In this document: positions 26,647-36,106 of the stretch, in pieces
Layout: each line of letters opens with the position of its first letter
How positions within the stretch are numbered: the first letter of the stretch is position 1
From: a virus
Reading direction: 5' to 3' (one strand)
IMG/VR virus record: IMGVR_UViG_3300048580_000994
Coordinates: 18,430-82,429 of that record
DNA: 64,000 nt
Notes under the pieces: generated by a model
Told to the model about the DNA's origin: nothing
The model's database searches: none
What the model saw: the letters and a program-made list of their open reading frames with translations, nothing else
Program-made: the position numbers and the translations under genes

Positions 26647-27474
26647 ATGAAACAAAAAACATTAACCAAAACAATATCGTTCTCAGGTGTAGGACTTCAC
26701 AATGGTAAACAGGTTAATGTTTTACTCTTACCAGCCCCACTAAACACCGGAATTATTTTTCAGCGAACAGACGTTGGGGGAAATAATATCATCCCAGCCT
26801 TGTGGAACCTTGTCCACACAACCAACCTAAACACTTGTTTGAAAAATGACAACGACGTTACCATTTCCACAATTGAACACTTGATGGCAGCATTATCAGC
26901 CTCTAACGTCACCAATTGTCATATCCAAGTCAACGGACCAGAAATTCCAATTTTGGATGGCTCTGCAGATATTTTTTACCAGACAATCAAACCCGATACC
27001 ACAGAACAAAAACTGAACCAAAAATCCATCAAGATTTTGAAACCAATAACCACCCAAACAGTGTCTTTGATTCCGGCTGACGAATTTTCCATTGAACTTT
27101 TTATTGATTTCCCAGCCAAAATCATAGGGACACAATCATTCCACTATCGAGACAACTTCCCTGAAATCTCCCAAGCCAGAACCTTTGGGTTTGGGAACGA
27201 GATTGACTACCTTCGGAAAAATAACCTTGCCTTGGGTGGGAGTTTGGATAACGCTATCGTTGTGGCTAACGATGGGGAAACGATTTTGAACGATGGTGGG
27301 CTGAAATACAATGATGAATTCGTCCGTCATAAAGTCATCGATGCTATCGGGGATTTGTATCTCGCTGGTTACCCAATCATTGGTAAATTCATTGGGGTAG
27401 GTTCTGGACATTCAATGAATAACGCCCTATTGCGGGAACTTTTCAAAAACCAAGATTGTTGGGAGATGGTATGA
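26647..27474 (+). CDS. lpxC: UDP-3-O-acyl-GlcNAc deacetylase
   Basis: GVGLH, TIEHLMAAL, PILDGSA, ARTFGF, HKVIDAIGDL and GSGH motifs. Confidence 0.95.
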   Translation: MKQKTLTKTISFSGVGLHNGKQVNVLLLPAPLNTGIIFQRTDVGGNNIIPALWNLVHTTNLNTCLKNDNDVTISTIEHLMAALSASNVTNCHIQVNGPEIPILDGSADIFYQTIKPDTTEQKLNQKSIKILKPITTQTVSLIPADEFSIELFIDFPAKIIGTQSFHYRDNFPEISQARTFGFGNEIDYLRKNNLALGGSLDNAIVVANDGETILNDGGLKYNDEFVRHKVIDAIGDLYLAGYPIIGKFIGVGSGHSMNNALLRELFKNQDCWEMV

Positions 27475-27911
27475 AACCTGAAATAACATATTTTCCCAGT
27501 GGTCCAAAACATCAAGAAACTTGGTATTTGGATGATTATGACACTGTGCATCGTATTGGTGGACCTGCAAATCAACAATGGTACACAAATGGGTTATTAT
27601 TTAGCGAGGCATGGATGGAATATGGTTTGCTTCATCGTGTTGATGGACCTGCAATAAGATTTTGGTTTAGAAATGGGCAGTTGCGTTCGATTAGATGGGC
27701 TATCAATGGAAAAACACATCGTATTGGTGGTCCAGCATTTCAAACTTGGGATGAAAATTGGCAAAAACAAAAAGAACAATGGTGGGTGAATGACATTGAA
27801 AAAACCAATGAAATCCTTCAATGGATAGAAAAAGATAATATTGAGTTGGATGAAAATCACAGCATCGTCAAGAAGAACGATTTAATGATTTTTAAATTGA
27901 AATTTGGCTGA
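27471..27911 (+). CDS. HRxxGPA-repeat (MORN-like) protein
   Basis: Three HR(I/V)xGPA repeats; ends IFKLKFG. Confidence 0.75.
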   Translation: MKPEITYFPSGPKHQETWYLDDYDTVHRIGGPANQQWYTNGLLFSEAWMEYGLLHRVDGPAIRFWFRNGQLRSIRWAINGKTHRIGGPAFQTWDENWQKQKEQWWVNDIEKTNEILQWIEKDNIELDENHSIVKKNDLMIFKLKFG

Positions 27912-28497
27912 GTTATGTTATAATGAGAATTATCTATGTGTGTGCTGGGGAAGATTTTTCCCATTCGTATGTGACCCTGCTTTATTCTCAATCCGAGCAG
28001 GAGTGTACCCGAGACCAGCAGCAGTGTTCTTTAGTGAGCATCAGTCCCCAAATTTGAGACACTGGGAACGGTAGATAATAAACTAAATACCTTTATAACC
28101 CCTTTGAGAATTTTAATTATGGATAAAGATTTTGAAGATCATATAAAAAGTGTTAAAGAAAGTTCTGAAAAATTTAGAGAAGAACATGAGGAAGAACTGC
28201 TTGAACGATGCAGAAATGTATTAACAGATGATTTTGAAACAAGGGCTGCAGAATTGCAAATTCGTTCAAAAATTTTTAGAGAAGAAAATAAAGAAAAATT
28301 AAAATATATGCTTTTGAAAGCCAACGAAGGTCTTAAAAATATGGGAAAATAATAAAAATAATTATTGACTGTAATGACATTTTAGGATATATTGGGAAAA
28401 TAAGAAGTAGGAAATAATTTTTTGAGAATCGTTGAAAAAAATTAAACGGATTTTGAAATGGACGATAAATAAAAATATGAAGTAAAGGTTACAATTT

Positions 28498-28569
28498 GCG
28501 TCGTTAGTTCAGCGGTAGAACTCTGTCTTTACACGGCAGCTGTCGGTGGTTCGATCCCATCACGACGCA
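28498..28569 (+). tRNA. tRNA-Val(TAC)
   Basis: Anticodon arm CTGTC-TTTACAC-GGCAG. Confidence 0.92.
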
Positions 28570-28579
28570 CTTATAATTT

Positions 28580-28651
28580 TGGGGTATAGTTCAGCGGTAG
28601 AACACCGGTCTGTTAAACCGGGAGCCATTGGTTCGAATCCAATTTCCCCAG
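28580..28651 (+). tRNA. tRNA-Asn(GTT)
   Basis: Anticodon arm CCGGT-CTGTTAA-ACCGG. Confidence 0.9.
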
Positions 28652-28674
28652 CTGATATGATAAATAAAGAGATT

Positions 28675-28748
28675 CGGAGTGTGGGCCAAAGGCTGGCCGC
28701 CAGTTTTGGGAACTGGACATCGAGTGAGTTCGATTCTCACCACTCCGA
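28675..28748 (+). tRNA. tRNA-Pro(TGG)
   Basis: Anticodon arm CCAGT-TTTGGGA-ACTGG; acceptor CGGAGTG/CACTCCG. Confidence 0.85.
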
Positions 28749-28786
28749 CTTACTAATAAAATCAATAGGTTAGCAGAAATGTTAGC

Positions 28787-29389
28787 CTATTTTTTATATT
28801 TTTCTTCCCACAATCTTACTCTTTCAAATAACTCGTCTATCGTTATGGATGAATTATGGTTCTTGCGTGAATTATCAGATTGTGAAATTAATTTACAATT
28901 CGCTGGGTGACTTATAAAAAACGGGTCTATTTTATTTTTAAAACCATCAGCCATGCTATACATGTGATCCCTTGATATTCCCCCTTTATTTGTCAGAGAA
29001 TTAAACATCCCATGTTGTATTAATAATTTAAAATCAAATTCTTCTGGATAATCTTTGATGTTAAATAAAAACTTTGATTGTTCTTTGTATTGTTTTTTAT
29101 CGTTCATAAAATCAATTGGTTTAACACGTAATTCATTGTTGAATTTTGCAGCACAAGAACTTGAGCAGAACTTTCTTTGGTGCCATACTGTTAAATAATT
29201 ATCACAACAAATACATTTTCGTAGCTTTGATTGGTATTTTATTAATAAATCTGCAGCTATAATTCGTTTGGTTAAAATACAAGAACATTTTGGTCTTGTG
29301 ATTGTACCATTTGATAATCCATGCATTCTCATATGCCCAGATAGAGCATTTTGGTTTTTAAATTCTTTTTGGCATATATCACATTTCAT
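28787..29389 (-). CDS. C2H2/Zn-ribbon HNH-type endonuclease
   Basis: CDICQKEF...HMRMH finger; RDHMYS...HPANC...DN. Confidence 0.78.
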   Translation of the reverse strand: MKCDICQKEFKNQNALSGHMRMHGLSNGTITRPKCSCILTKRIIAADLLIKYQSKLRKCICCDNYLTVWHQRKFCSSSCAAKFNNELRVKPIDFMNDKKQYKEQSKFLFNIKDYPEEFDFKLLIQHGMFNSLTNKGGISRDHMYSMADGFKNKIDPFFISHPANCKLISQSDNSRKNHNSSITIDELFERVRLWEEKYKK

Positions 29390-29426
29390 CTTGCGTTTTC
29401 TCCGGTATAAGTGTATAAATAATGAA

Positions 29427-29485
29427 AGTGGGACACCCCATCCTCCGGTGGACTTCAGTTGTCAACAATACTCCTGATCACCACT
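29427..29485 (+). ncRNA. Nuclease-divergent sRNA, copy 6 (divergent)
   Basis: AGTGGGACA..CCA-TCCTCCGG-TGG..TCAG/CTGA..CCACT downstream of TATAAATA. Confidence 0.65.
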
Positions 29486-29575
29486 ATTAGTATTATTTAT
29501 CATTATGGTTATAAAAGTCAATAATTATGTTGACATGATTGCTAAATAAGTGTAGTATCTAAAAGTAAGATTAAT

Positions 29576-29650
29576 GGATCGGCCAGCGGTATTTACTGGA
29601 GGGTTTTCTTCTAAAAAACTCATATGCGGGTTCAACTCCCCAACGGTCCT
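29576..29650 (+). tRNA. tRNA-Arg(TCT), atypical
   Basis: Anticodon arm GTTTT-CTTCTAA-AAAAC. Confidence 0.6.
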
Positions 29651-29700
29651 CTGAAAATGTTTGACAAAGTATGGAGAAAAAGGTATATTAATAAAATCAA

Positions 29701-29772
29701 CTGCCCATAGTAAAAGGGATATTACAGGAGTCTTCTAAACTCTTAGTCCAGGTTCGAATCCTGGTGGGCAGG
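29701..29772 (+). tRNA. tRNA-Arg(TCT)
   Basis: Anticodon arm GGAGT-CTTCTAA-ACTCT. Confidence 0.9.
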
Positions 29773-29959
29773 CTAAATTCTCCAACAATATCAATGACTT
29801 ACAACTAAAATCCCCCATAAAATTCCAAGAATTATTTCTTGGAATTTTTTTTATTGACAAATCATCAAAAATGGGACAAGATGATAAATAATAGTATGGA
29901 AAGAAATTCCATTGGGATTTTTAGAAGTTCCATATTAATCCAAGAAGGAGGATACAATT

Positions 29960-30208
29960 ATGGTAAGTGCAATATCTGGTGTTAGTCATTCTGCTCAACG
30001 GGCATATGCTGTTCAAATGCAGAGTATTTTATCACAAAACCGTCAAGAAGAGCGTCAAGCTGTAGCGGCGATTTCTGGTGTTTCGTCTGTATTATCTGGA
30101 CAAGTTCAAGCTGAACAAAAGCCAAAGGAAGAAAAGAAAACTGAACAACCAACCACACAATATGCTTCGGCTGAAGGTCGGGGTAAGAGTGTTAATATAG
30201 TGGTGTAA
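29960..30208 (+). CDS. Small low-complexity protein, YjfB/motility-protein-like C terminus
   Basis: Ala/Gln-rich helix ending GRGKSVNIVV; AAGGAGG RBS. Confidence 0.5.
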   Translation: MVSAISGVSHSAQRAYAVQMQSILSQNRQEERQAVAAISGVSSVLSGQVQAEQKPKEEKKTEQPTTQYASAEGRGKSVNIVV

Positions 30209-30211
30209 GAA

Positions 30212-30451
30212 ATGGCAACAGAGAATGATTTTGTAAATTATCCGAGAATGGTTAGTGGATATTGGGTTCACAATGCTGCTGCAGATGCTGTAGCATCGAG
30301 GGGGCTTGATCCAAAGACTACACCACCAACACAAGATTATAGTTTACCTGTGACTGCATCATTTGCCAATACAGGATTAAACAATCGTTTATCTGGTGGG
30401 TTGAATAGTTTTATCAATGAACTATCGACTTCATATTCTAAAAAAGAGTAA
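30212..30451 (+). CDS. Hypothetical protein
   Basis: Coupled to the previous gene. Confidence 0.55.
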   Translation: MATENDFVNYPRMVSGYWVHNAAADAVASRGLDPKTTPPTQDYSLPVTASFANTGLNNRLSGGLNSFINELSTSYSKKE

Positions 30452-30599
30452 TTTATTCTTTTTTGATAAATAGTCATACTATGGATGAATTTGACAAAAG
30501 ATTAAGACAGAAGATTAAAGAATATATAAGAAAAAACAAGGAGCGTTTGAAGAAGCTTTTCAAGCGCAAGAAACCTGTGTCTGAATCTGGTGAAAAGAA

Positions 30600-31187
30600 A
30601 TGAGATTGTATGAAATAACACGAATAACAAAAAACTCCCAAGCCACCAGAATATTAAAAAGATCTGGGTGGGAAATTGCTGGTGAAGGCGCGAACGCTAC
30701 TGTGTATTTTCGTGAGGACAAACCATATGTTTTAAAAATATTTACTCCTTATGATAGTGCGTTTGTTGCTTATATAAAATTTTGTCAAAAAAATTCAAAC
30801 CCGCATTTCCCTAAATTTTATAAGGATATTGTTAAAATAACTAAAAATTTGTGTGCTATTAGAATGGAGAGGTTGTATCCATTGGATGAAACAGAAGAAA
30901 TTATAACAGGGTTAGAAATATTGGCTTCGTATATTTCAAAATATTCTATTGATCCATCGTTTCTTTCGCATTCACCAGAAAAATTAGAAAATTTTTTGAA
31001 AGAAGTGGTTGAAAAACGAAATGATGTTCTTAATTATTTTGATGAATCTGTGGTGGCAGCTGCAGAATTGGTACCTGATATTGCTAAAAATAGAGGACAT
31101 TTAGATATGCATCCACGTAATTTTATGCAACGATTGGATGGTACATTAGTTTTTTCTGACCCTATTACTACTTTTTTTGGGAGATAG
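30600..31187 (+). CDS. Ser/Thr protein kinase-like protein (MRLYEI leader)
   Basis: GEGANATVY Gly loop, VLK, MERL, DMHPRN catalytic loop, SDP. Confidence 0.8.
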   Translation: MRLYEITRITKNSQATRILKRSGWEIAGEGANATVYFREDKPYVLKIFTPYDSAFVAYIKFCQKNSNPHFPKFYKDIVKITKNLCAIRMERLYPLDETEEIITGLEILASYISKYSIDPSFLSHSPEKLENFLKEVVEKRNDVLNYFDESVVAAAELVPDIAKNRGHLDMHPRNFMQRLDGTLVFSDPITTFFGR

Positions 31188-31189
31188 AA

Positions 31190-31615
31190 ATGAGATTGTA
31201 TGAACTATCATTAGTTTCCAAAAAATGGTTAAATTCACCCACTGAAGGATTTTTGGAACCAACTGTGGAAAACATTTCGAAGGCGAAAGAGTTTGTATTT
31301 CGTAAATGGAAGGAGCGTGCTATTGAGCGAATGGAACGTGAACCATTAGATTTATCCACTGCTTGTAAATTCAGTTCATTATTTGTGAAGATGGTATTTG
31401 GCGGGACGATAAAGGGGACATGGGAGCATCAATACAATGACATTAATGGGGTAGTGGTTGACCTAAACAGCGATGCTGGGGACGTTTTAAGGCTACTGGA
31501 GCCACATAAGCATGATAGAAGGTTCATTGGTAACAGGGAGCATAATGAGTCGTTAGAGTCTTGCATTCCAAGGGTGAAACGTTGGGTAGAAGAATTTCAT
31601 AATAGTGTCAGTTAA
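31190..31615 (+). CDS. Hypothetical protein (MRLYEL leader), possible papain/transglutaminase-like fold
   Basis: ACKFSS...EHQYN...VVDL spacing suggests a Cys-His-Asp triad. Confidence 0.5.
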   Translation: MRLYELSLVSKKWLNSPTEGFLEPTVENISKAKEFVFRKWKERAIERMEREPLDLSTACKFSSLFVKMVFGGTIKGTWEHQYNDINGVVVDLNSDAGDVLRLLEPHKHDRRFIGNREHNESLESCIPRVKRWVEEFHNSVS

Positions 31616-31693
31616 TGGTCTGATTGTGGTGATAAATACTTTTGTGGAATAATCTTTCCACAAAAATCCCAACAATTTAGGAGTGATTTAATT

Positions 31694-31837
31694 ATGGTCA
31701 CCACAATAGCCAAGAACTACATTAATGAAATATTAAAAGGCGAGCGTCAACTTCAAAAGATTGAGAAGACTGAGCAGAAGGTTGAGCAGGAAAAATTCCG
31801 CAAAGACGAGTCAAAAAATATTGATATTTTGGTGTGA
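31694..31837 (+). CDS. Small protein ending KNIDILV
   Basis: Manual translation; AGGAG RBS and upstream GATAAATA. Confidence 0.5.
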   Translation: MVTTIAKNYINEILKGERQLQKIEKTEQKVEQEKFRKDESKNIDILV

Positions 31838-31845
31838 TTTAAGTT

Positions 31846-32646
31846 TTATTTTTTGATAGCACTAAACCCCAACCTATTTAATAGGGAGTATACAGTCCCT
31901 ATGTTATCGTGTTTTATGATTTTAGTTATTTCTGAAACAGTATAATTATCACAAAGATTTTTTATATGTTGTTTCATGGAGTTCCAATCATTAATAAATT
32001 CTTTTGTTTTTAGGTTATCCAAACGTAATCCAAAATATTTATTACAACCTTTCATTATTTGGATTGAATAGTTTATATTACAAGAACAATCCTTTTTATG
32101 TTCTCCGCAGCAGTGACAAATTTTTATTTTCTCCCAAGATAATTTTGGGGTCCATGGTCCTTTTGGTCCTATCCACCCTTGACCAATATATTCTTCGATT
32201 AAATGTTTTGGGATTTTGATTCGTAAATTATCTATCCAAGAATGAACCATCCAAGTGGTTCCGAATTGGGAATTTAATTTTCCGCCTTGTGAGTTATTCA
32301 TTGTGACAGGCATATTTTTTCTGGCATATTCATAAAGATGAGAATTAAAATATCTATTTTGGTTGTGAGATATAGATGAACTTTTCATCATATTAAGTGC
32401 TTTAACCATACTATACCATTCTATGGATTTTTCAGGTAACATTTTACAGAGTAGATAGTGACAAATAAAATGTTCTCTGGCTGTTAATAAGATTAAATTA
32501 TTTGTATTATCCAATCCACCTAATGACCTTGGTAGTATATGGTGTTTTTCATAATAAGTTTCTTTGGATTTAATTCTTTGTTGTGATTTGGCGTTTTGGA
32601 TAATTCCATAATACCAGTTATAATATTTGTTTTTTATAAAAATCAT
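31846..32646 (-). CDS. HNH homing endonuclease, paralog of 13095-14135
   Basis: YYEKHHILPRSLGG...LTAREHFICHYLL. Confidence 0.88.
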   Translation of the reverse strand: MIFIKNKYYNWYYGIIQNAKSQQRIKSKETYYEKHHILPRSLGGLDNTNNLILLTAREHFICHYLLCKMLPEKSIEWYSMVKALNMMKSSSISHNQNRYFNSHLYEYARKNMPVTMNNSQGGKLNSQFGTTWMVHSWIDNLRIKIPKHLIEEYIGQGWIGPKGPWTPKLSWEKIKICHCCGEHKKDCSCNINYSIQIMKGCNKYFGLRLDNLKTKEFINDWNSMKQHIKNLCDNYTVSEITKIIKHDNIGTVYSLLNRLGFSAIKK

Positions 32647-32682
32647 TTTGACTTATCTCCAGTCTAAAGTTATAAATAGATG

Positions 32683-32742
32683 AGCGGGACAAGCCCTACT
32701 CCAGTTGGGTTTTTCAGATGGTCGAATCTCTGAAATACCGCT
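32683..32742 (+). ncRNA. Nuclease-divergent sRNA, copy 7
   Basis: Identical to copy 4 up to P2, different P3 (TCAGA-TGGTCGAATC-TCTGA). Confidence 0.75.
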
Positions 32743-32824
32743 ACTATTATTTATCTTTTTCTTTCATTTTTGTGTAAAAATAATTTGACAAAATGATAAA
32801 TAAAGTTTACTATATAATTAATAT

Positions 32825-32998
32825 TCGGGGATCATCTAACGGTAGGATCGCAGACTTTGAGTGTGAATTTTTAATAAAATTCCAATATCCATTTATAAAT
32901 AAATGGATAATTGTGGGAGGAGGATTTAAGTCCTAAAGAGTGCAAATCTCAGCCCTCCACATTATCTGCTTGTCGGGGTTCGAATCCCTGTCCCCGAT
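32825..32998 (+). tRNA. tRNA-Gln(TTG) with 103-nt intron near position 37/38 (32861-32963)
   Basis: Anticodon arm GCAGA-CTTTGA[insert]A-TCTGC; acceptor TCGGGGA/TCCCCGA. Confidence 0.82.
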
Positions 32999-33017
32999 CT
33001 TATTTTTATCTAACCAT

Positions 33018-33091
33018 GGTCCTATGGTGAAATTGGATATCACGATAGCCTCCTAAGCTTTAATCCCAAGGTTCGAATCCTGGTAGGACCA
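33018..33091 (+). tRNA. tRNA-Arg(CCT)
   Basis: Anticodon arm AGC-CTCCTAA-GCT; acceptor GGTCCTA/TAGGACC. Confidence 0.85.
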
Positions 33092-33122
33092 CTCACAATC
33101 CCCATAAAATCATAAATACAAT

Positions 33123-33195
33123 TGATCTATAGGCTAATTGGACAAACCCTCTGAATCCGATTCAGATATTCCAGATTCGAGTTCTGGTAGGTCCG
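33123..33195 (+). tRNA. tRNA-Arg(CCG)
   Basis: Anticodon arm TCTGA-ATCCGAT-TCAGA. Confidence 0.8.
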
Positions 33196-33257
33196 CTTTA
33201 TTTTTGTTGTAATTATTATTCATTTATGTTACAATGAATAATGAAGAGAGGTGTATT

Positions 33258-33716
33258 ATGTTACCTGTAATAAAATGGGACGACCAATATAGTGTTGGTA
33301 TTGATGCCATCGACAATGATCATCGAATGTTTTTTGAGATCACTGAAATGTTGAGTTGTATGGAAACATATGAAGAGGTATTGGTGATTCGTTGTTTGTC
33401 TATGTTCAACGAATGTCTTCATGGACATTTTTTACGGGAAGAATTGGCGATGGAGAAAGCCAACCATGATAATTATGCTGAACATAAGAGACAACATGAC
33501 GCTTTTAAAGAAAAGATTGCAGATATAATGGATTCATATTATAGTGGAAATTTAAATGCTATTGTTGGTTTTCCACAATTGATTTGTGATTGGGCATTAA
33601 CCCACATACCAAATAATGATTTATTATTCAAGGGTGCCATTTTACCAGAGCATGTTGACAATCGTTCCATTGCCGCATTAGCGATGGAAAGTTTTAAAAA
33701 ATCGATAAAGGGATAG
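33258..33716 (+). CDS. Bacteriohemerythrin
   Basis: WDDQYSVGIDAIDNDH...HFLREE..M...HKRQH...HIPNND iron ligands. Confidence 0.92.
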   Translation: MLPVIKWDDQYSVGIDAIDNDHRMFFEITEMLSCMETYEEVLVIRCLSMFNECLHGHFLREELAMEKANHDNYAEHKRQHDAFKEKIADIMDSYYSGNLNAIVGFPQLICDWALTHIPNNDLLFKGAILPEHVDNRSIAALAMESFKKSIKG

Positions 33717-34674
33717 TTTCTATAAATTGTTTGACAATGCCACAAAATCTGCTATACTCTATATATGAATTTGTGAGGAGAGAAAGTGGAAATTTTTATG
33801 ATCATTGTCATATTTTTTGTTGCTGATACCATTTCCAAGGTTCGCAACAAGTAATCAGGAGAGATGCCATGGGAAAATTTGTAGTGTCGGTTGAATGGTC
33901 ACAGACTGATTCCACCAATTATTTAGTTTGTGCTGATAATAGGAAACAAGCTGAGATGAAGGTTAGGGAGCATCTTGTTGGGAAACGTTTTAGATATATT
34001 TGTGTTCGGGAAAAAATTGATATTGAACTTTTATAGGAGAATGAAATGGGTGCAGTAATGTTTATAGTATCTACTAAAATTGGGTTAATGATTGATTATA
34101 TTTTGGGGATGTTCATTGCAGGATTTGTTGCTGCAGATACTATTTCAAATGACACTCCGAATTACAAAATGAAGCGTCTTGGTATGATATTATTTTGGCC
34201 ATTTTATGTTGTTCGTTGGTTTTTTAGGACTGTGCTAAGATAACCATTTGATAAAATCTGTTATTATGATGGAAATTGGAGAGTTTGAAATGAATAATGA
34301 TGCACGAAAACAATGTGAAAAATTGGCGAATATTTTACTTGAACTTTTCGCAAATGCAGACCCTGATCCTGAAAGTGGTATGACATTCAAACAAGAATAT
34401 GAGCGTTGTGCTGGGGATGGCGAATTTGAAAAAATGGTTAGAAAGAATGTTGAGGGATATTTTGGGATTGAAGGAGAAAAAGAATGACTTGTAGGCATTG
34501 TGAAGCGAACAATGGGGTTAGGATTGTGGCATTGATTACCAATGGTGAATCTGTTGTTGCGCCTGTGGCTGTGACTTGTTCTCATATGTCTGATAAGGAT
34601 TGGCATAAGACGAGGCGAAAGCCCAAACCCAGACCAGTATTTACCCTTATTAAAAACCCAGATTAATCTGGGTT

Positions 34675-35976
34675 TTACTGTGAAATAGACCATCCTTTAT
34701 TTTTGCCACGAGTTGTGGGGGTGGTATTTTTTGTGTCTAACCTATCTAATAAACCACATGGAGTTAAATTATGGTCTATGCTAAATTGTTTTAATTGTTT
34801 TCTGGATAGTTCAAATTTATTATTGAATGGATCTGTAATAATAATTGGGGTCATTTTTCCATTGTTTCCTCTACCAATTTCCCATCCGTTATTTAAATAT
34901 TGGTCTAATTCTGTTGATTGAATCATTTTTGATTTTTGTGATGGGTGTTTGACCCATATAGTGTTCAATGCGTTGATGTTTGGTTTTCCTTTTGTTGGTG
35001 TTATTATTTCTCCTGTAATCCAACGAGGATCGTTTGTATTAATCCTTCCTAATTTTTCTCCTGTTTTAGTGTTAATTGCTGGACAGGTGTTTTTTAATTT
35101 TTTATTGGATGTCCCCTTGGATGAGTGAACTAATTCCCCACTTATATATCTTGGGTCTGTCGTATCAACCATCATATGTTTTCCTTCTTTGTCTTTCACT
35201 ACTACTTTTCCTGTAGTAGAGCCAATCAAGTTTGTGTTAGTCTCAAATTCTTCTTTTGATACAATTAAATGTTCACCTGTTGAATTTTTGGCTACAACCT
35301 TACCTTTGTTTGCCTTGCTTAAATTTTCACAATGTGTTTTTGATTTTCTTTTTCCTTTGGATGATGTAGATATTTTTTCTTTTATTTCAGGGCGAGATTG
35401 GTGGTGTTCAACATTATATAATGATAAACATTCAGTTTTTAGGTTTTCTTTGAAATCCTCTGATTTAAAATAATTATCAACTCCATAAATGGCTAAACAA
35501 CCTTTTTTATTGGCTTCTTTTCCTTCATCTGATTGTATGAAATAATCTGTTCCGTATAATTCTCTGTTGTTTTGTTTTATTTTTGGGTGTTCAAATCCTG
35601 TCGCAGATCCTTTAAAATTATTTGATATATTTATATAGGATAAATCGTTGACGCAATTATTTTCCATTATATATTTTGTTTCATAAACATATGCTAATGG
35701 TTGATTTTTGAACAAAGGATTTTCGTTGATGAAATTTTGTAAATCTCCAAAATCAGTTATTATTGATATTATTTCGAATGCAGAAATTCCTTTTTTCTGT
35801 ATAATTGATTTAATATATTTTGATGAAGTAAAATAACCATATTTGTGGTGTGAATTAAAAAATAAATCTGGGTGGGCATGGTTCCCCCATTTTGCTCCAA
35901 CATATAATCGTGAAGTGCTTTTTTCTTTTATTATATAAAAATATGGTGTATGTTGATAAATAATGTTGCTGGACAT
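34675..35976 (-). CDS. GIY-YIG-like homing endonuclease with NUMOD repeats
   Basis: PYFYII...LYVG...YFTSS; repeated DPRY/W..GE and KEKIS motifs. Confidence 0.8.
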   Translation of the reverse strand: MSSNIIYQHTPYFYIIKEKSTSRLYVGAKWGNHAHPDLFFNSHHKYGYFTSSKYIKSIIQKKGISAFEIISIITDFGDLQNFINENPLFKNQPLAYVYETKYIMENNCVNDLSYINISNNFKGSATGFEHPKIKQNNRELYGTDYFIQSDEGKEANKKGCLAIYGVDNYFKSEDFKENLKTECLSLYNVEHHQSRPEIKEKISTSSKGKRKSKTHCENLSKANKGKVVAKNSTGEHLIVSKEEFETNTNLIGSTTGKVVVKDKEGKHMMVDTTDPRYISGELVHSSKGTSNKKLKNTCPAINTKTGEKLGRINTNDPRWITGEIITPTKGKPNINALNTIWVKHPSQKSKMIQSTELDQYLNNGWEIGRGNNGKMTPIIITDPFNNKFELSRKQLKQFSIDHNLTPCGLLDRLDTKNTTPTTRGKNKGWSISQ

Positions 35977-36106
35977 TTTGCGTTTTCCTTTGTCTAGAGC
36001 AAGTGGAAATTGGCGTTTCGCGACTTGCGTTATTTTGTGCTTGACTTTTTTTAGTCATCTGCTATAATCTATTTATCATTTAAATTAAAAAAGAAGGATT
36101 TTAATT

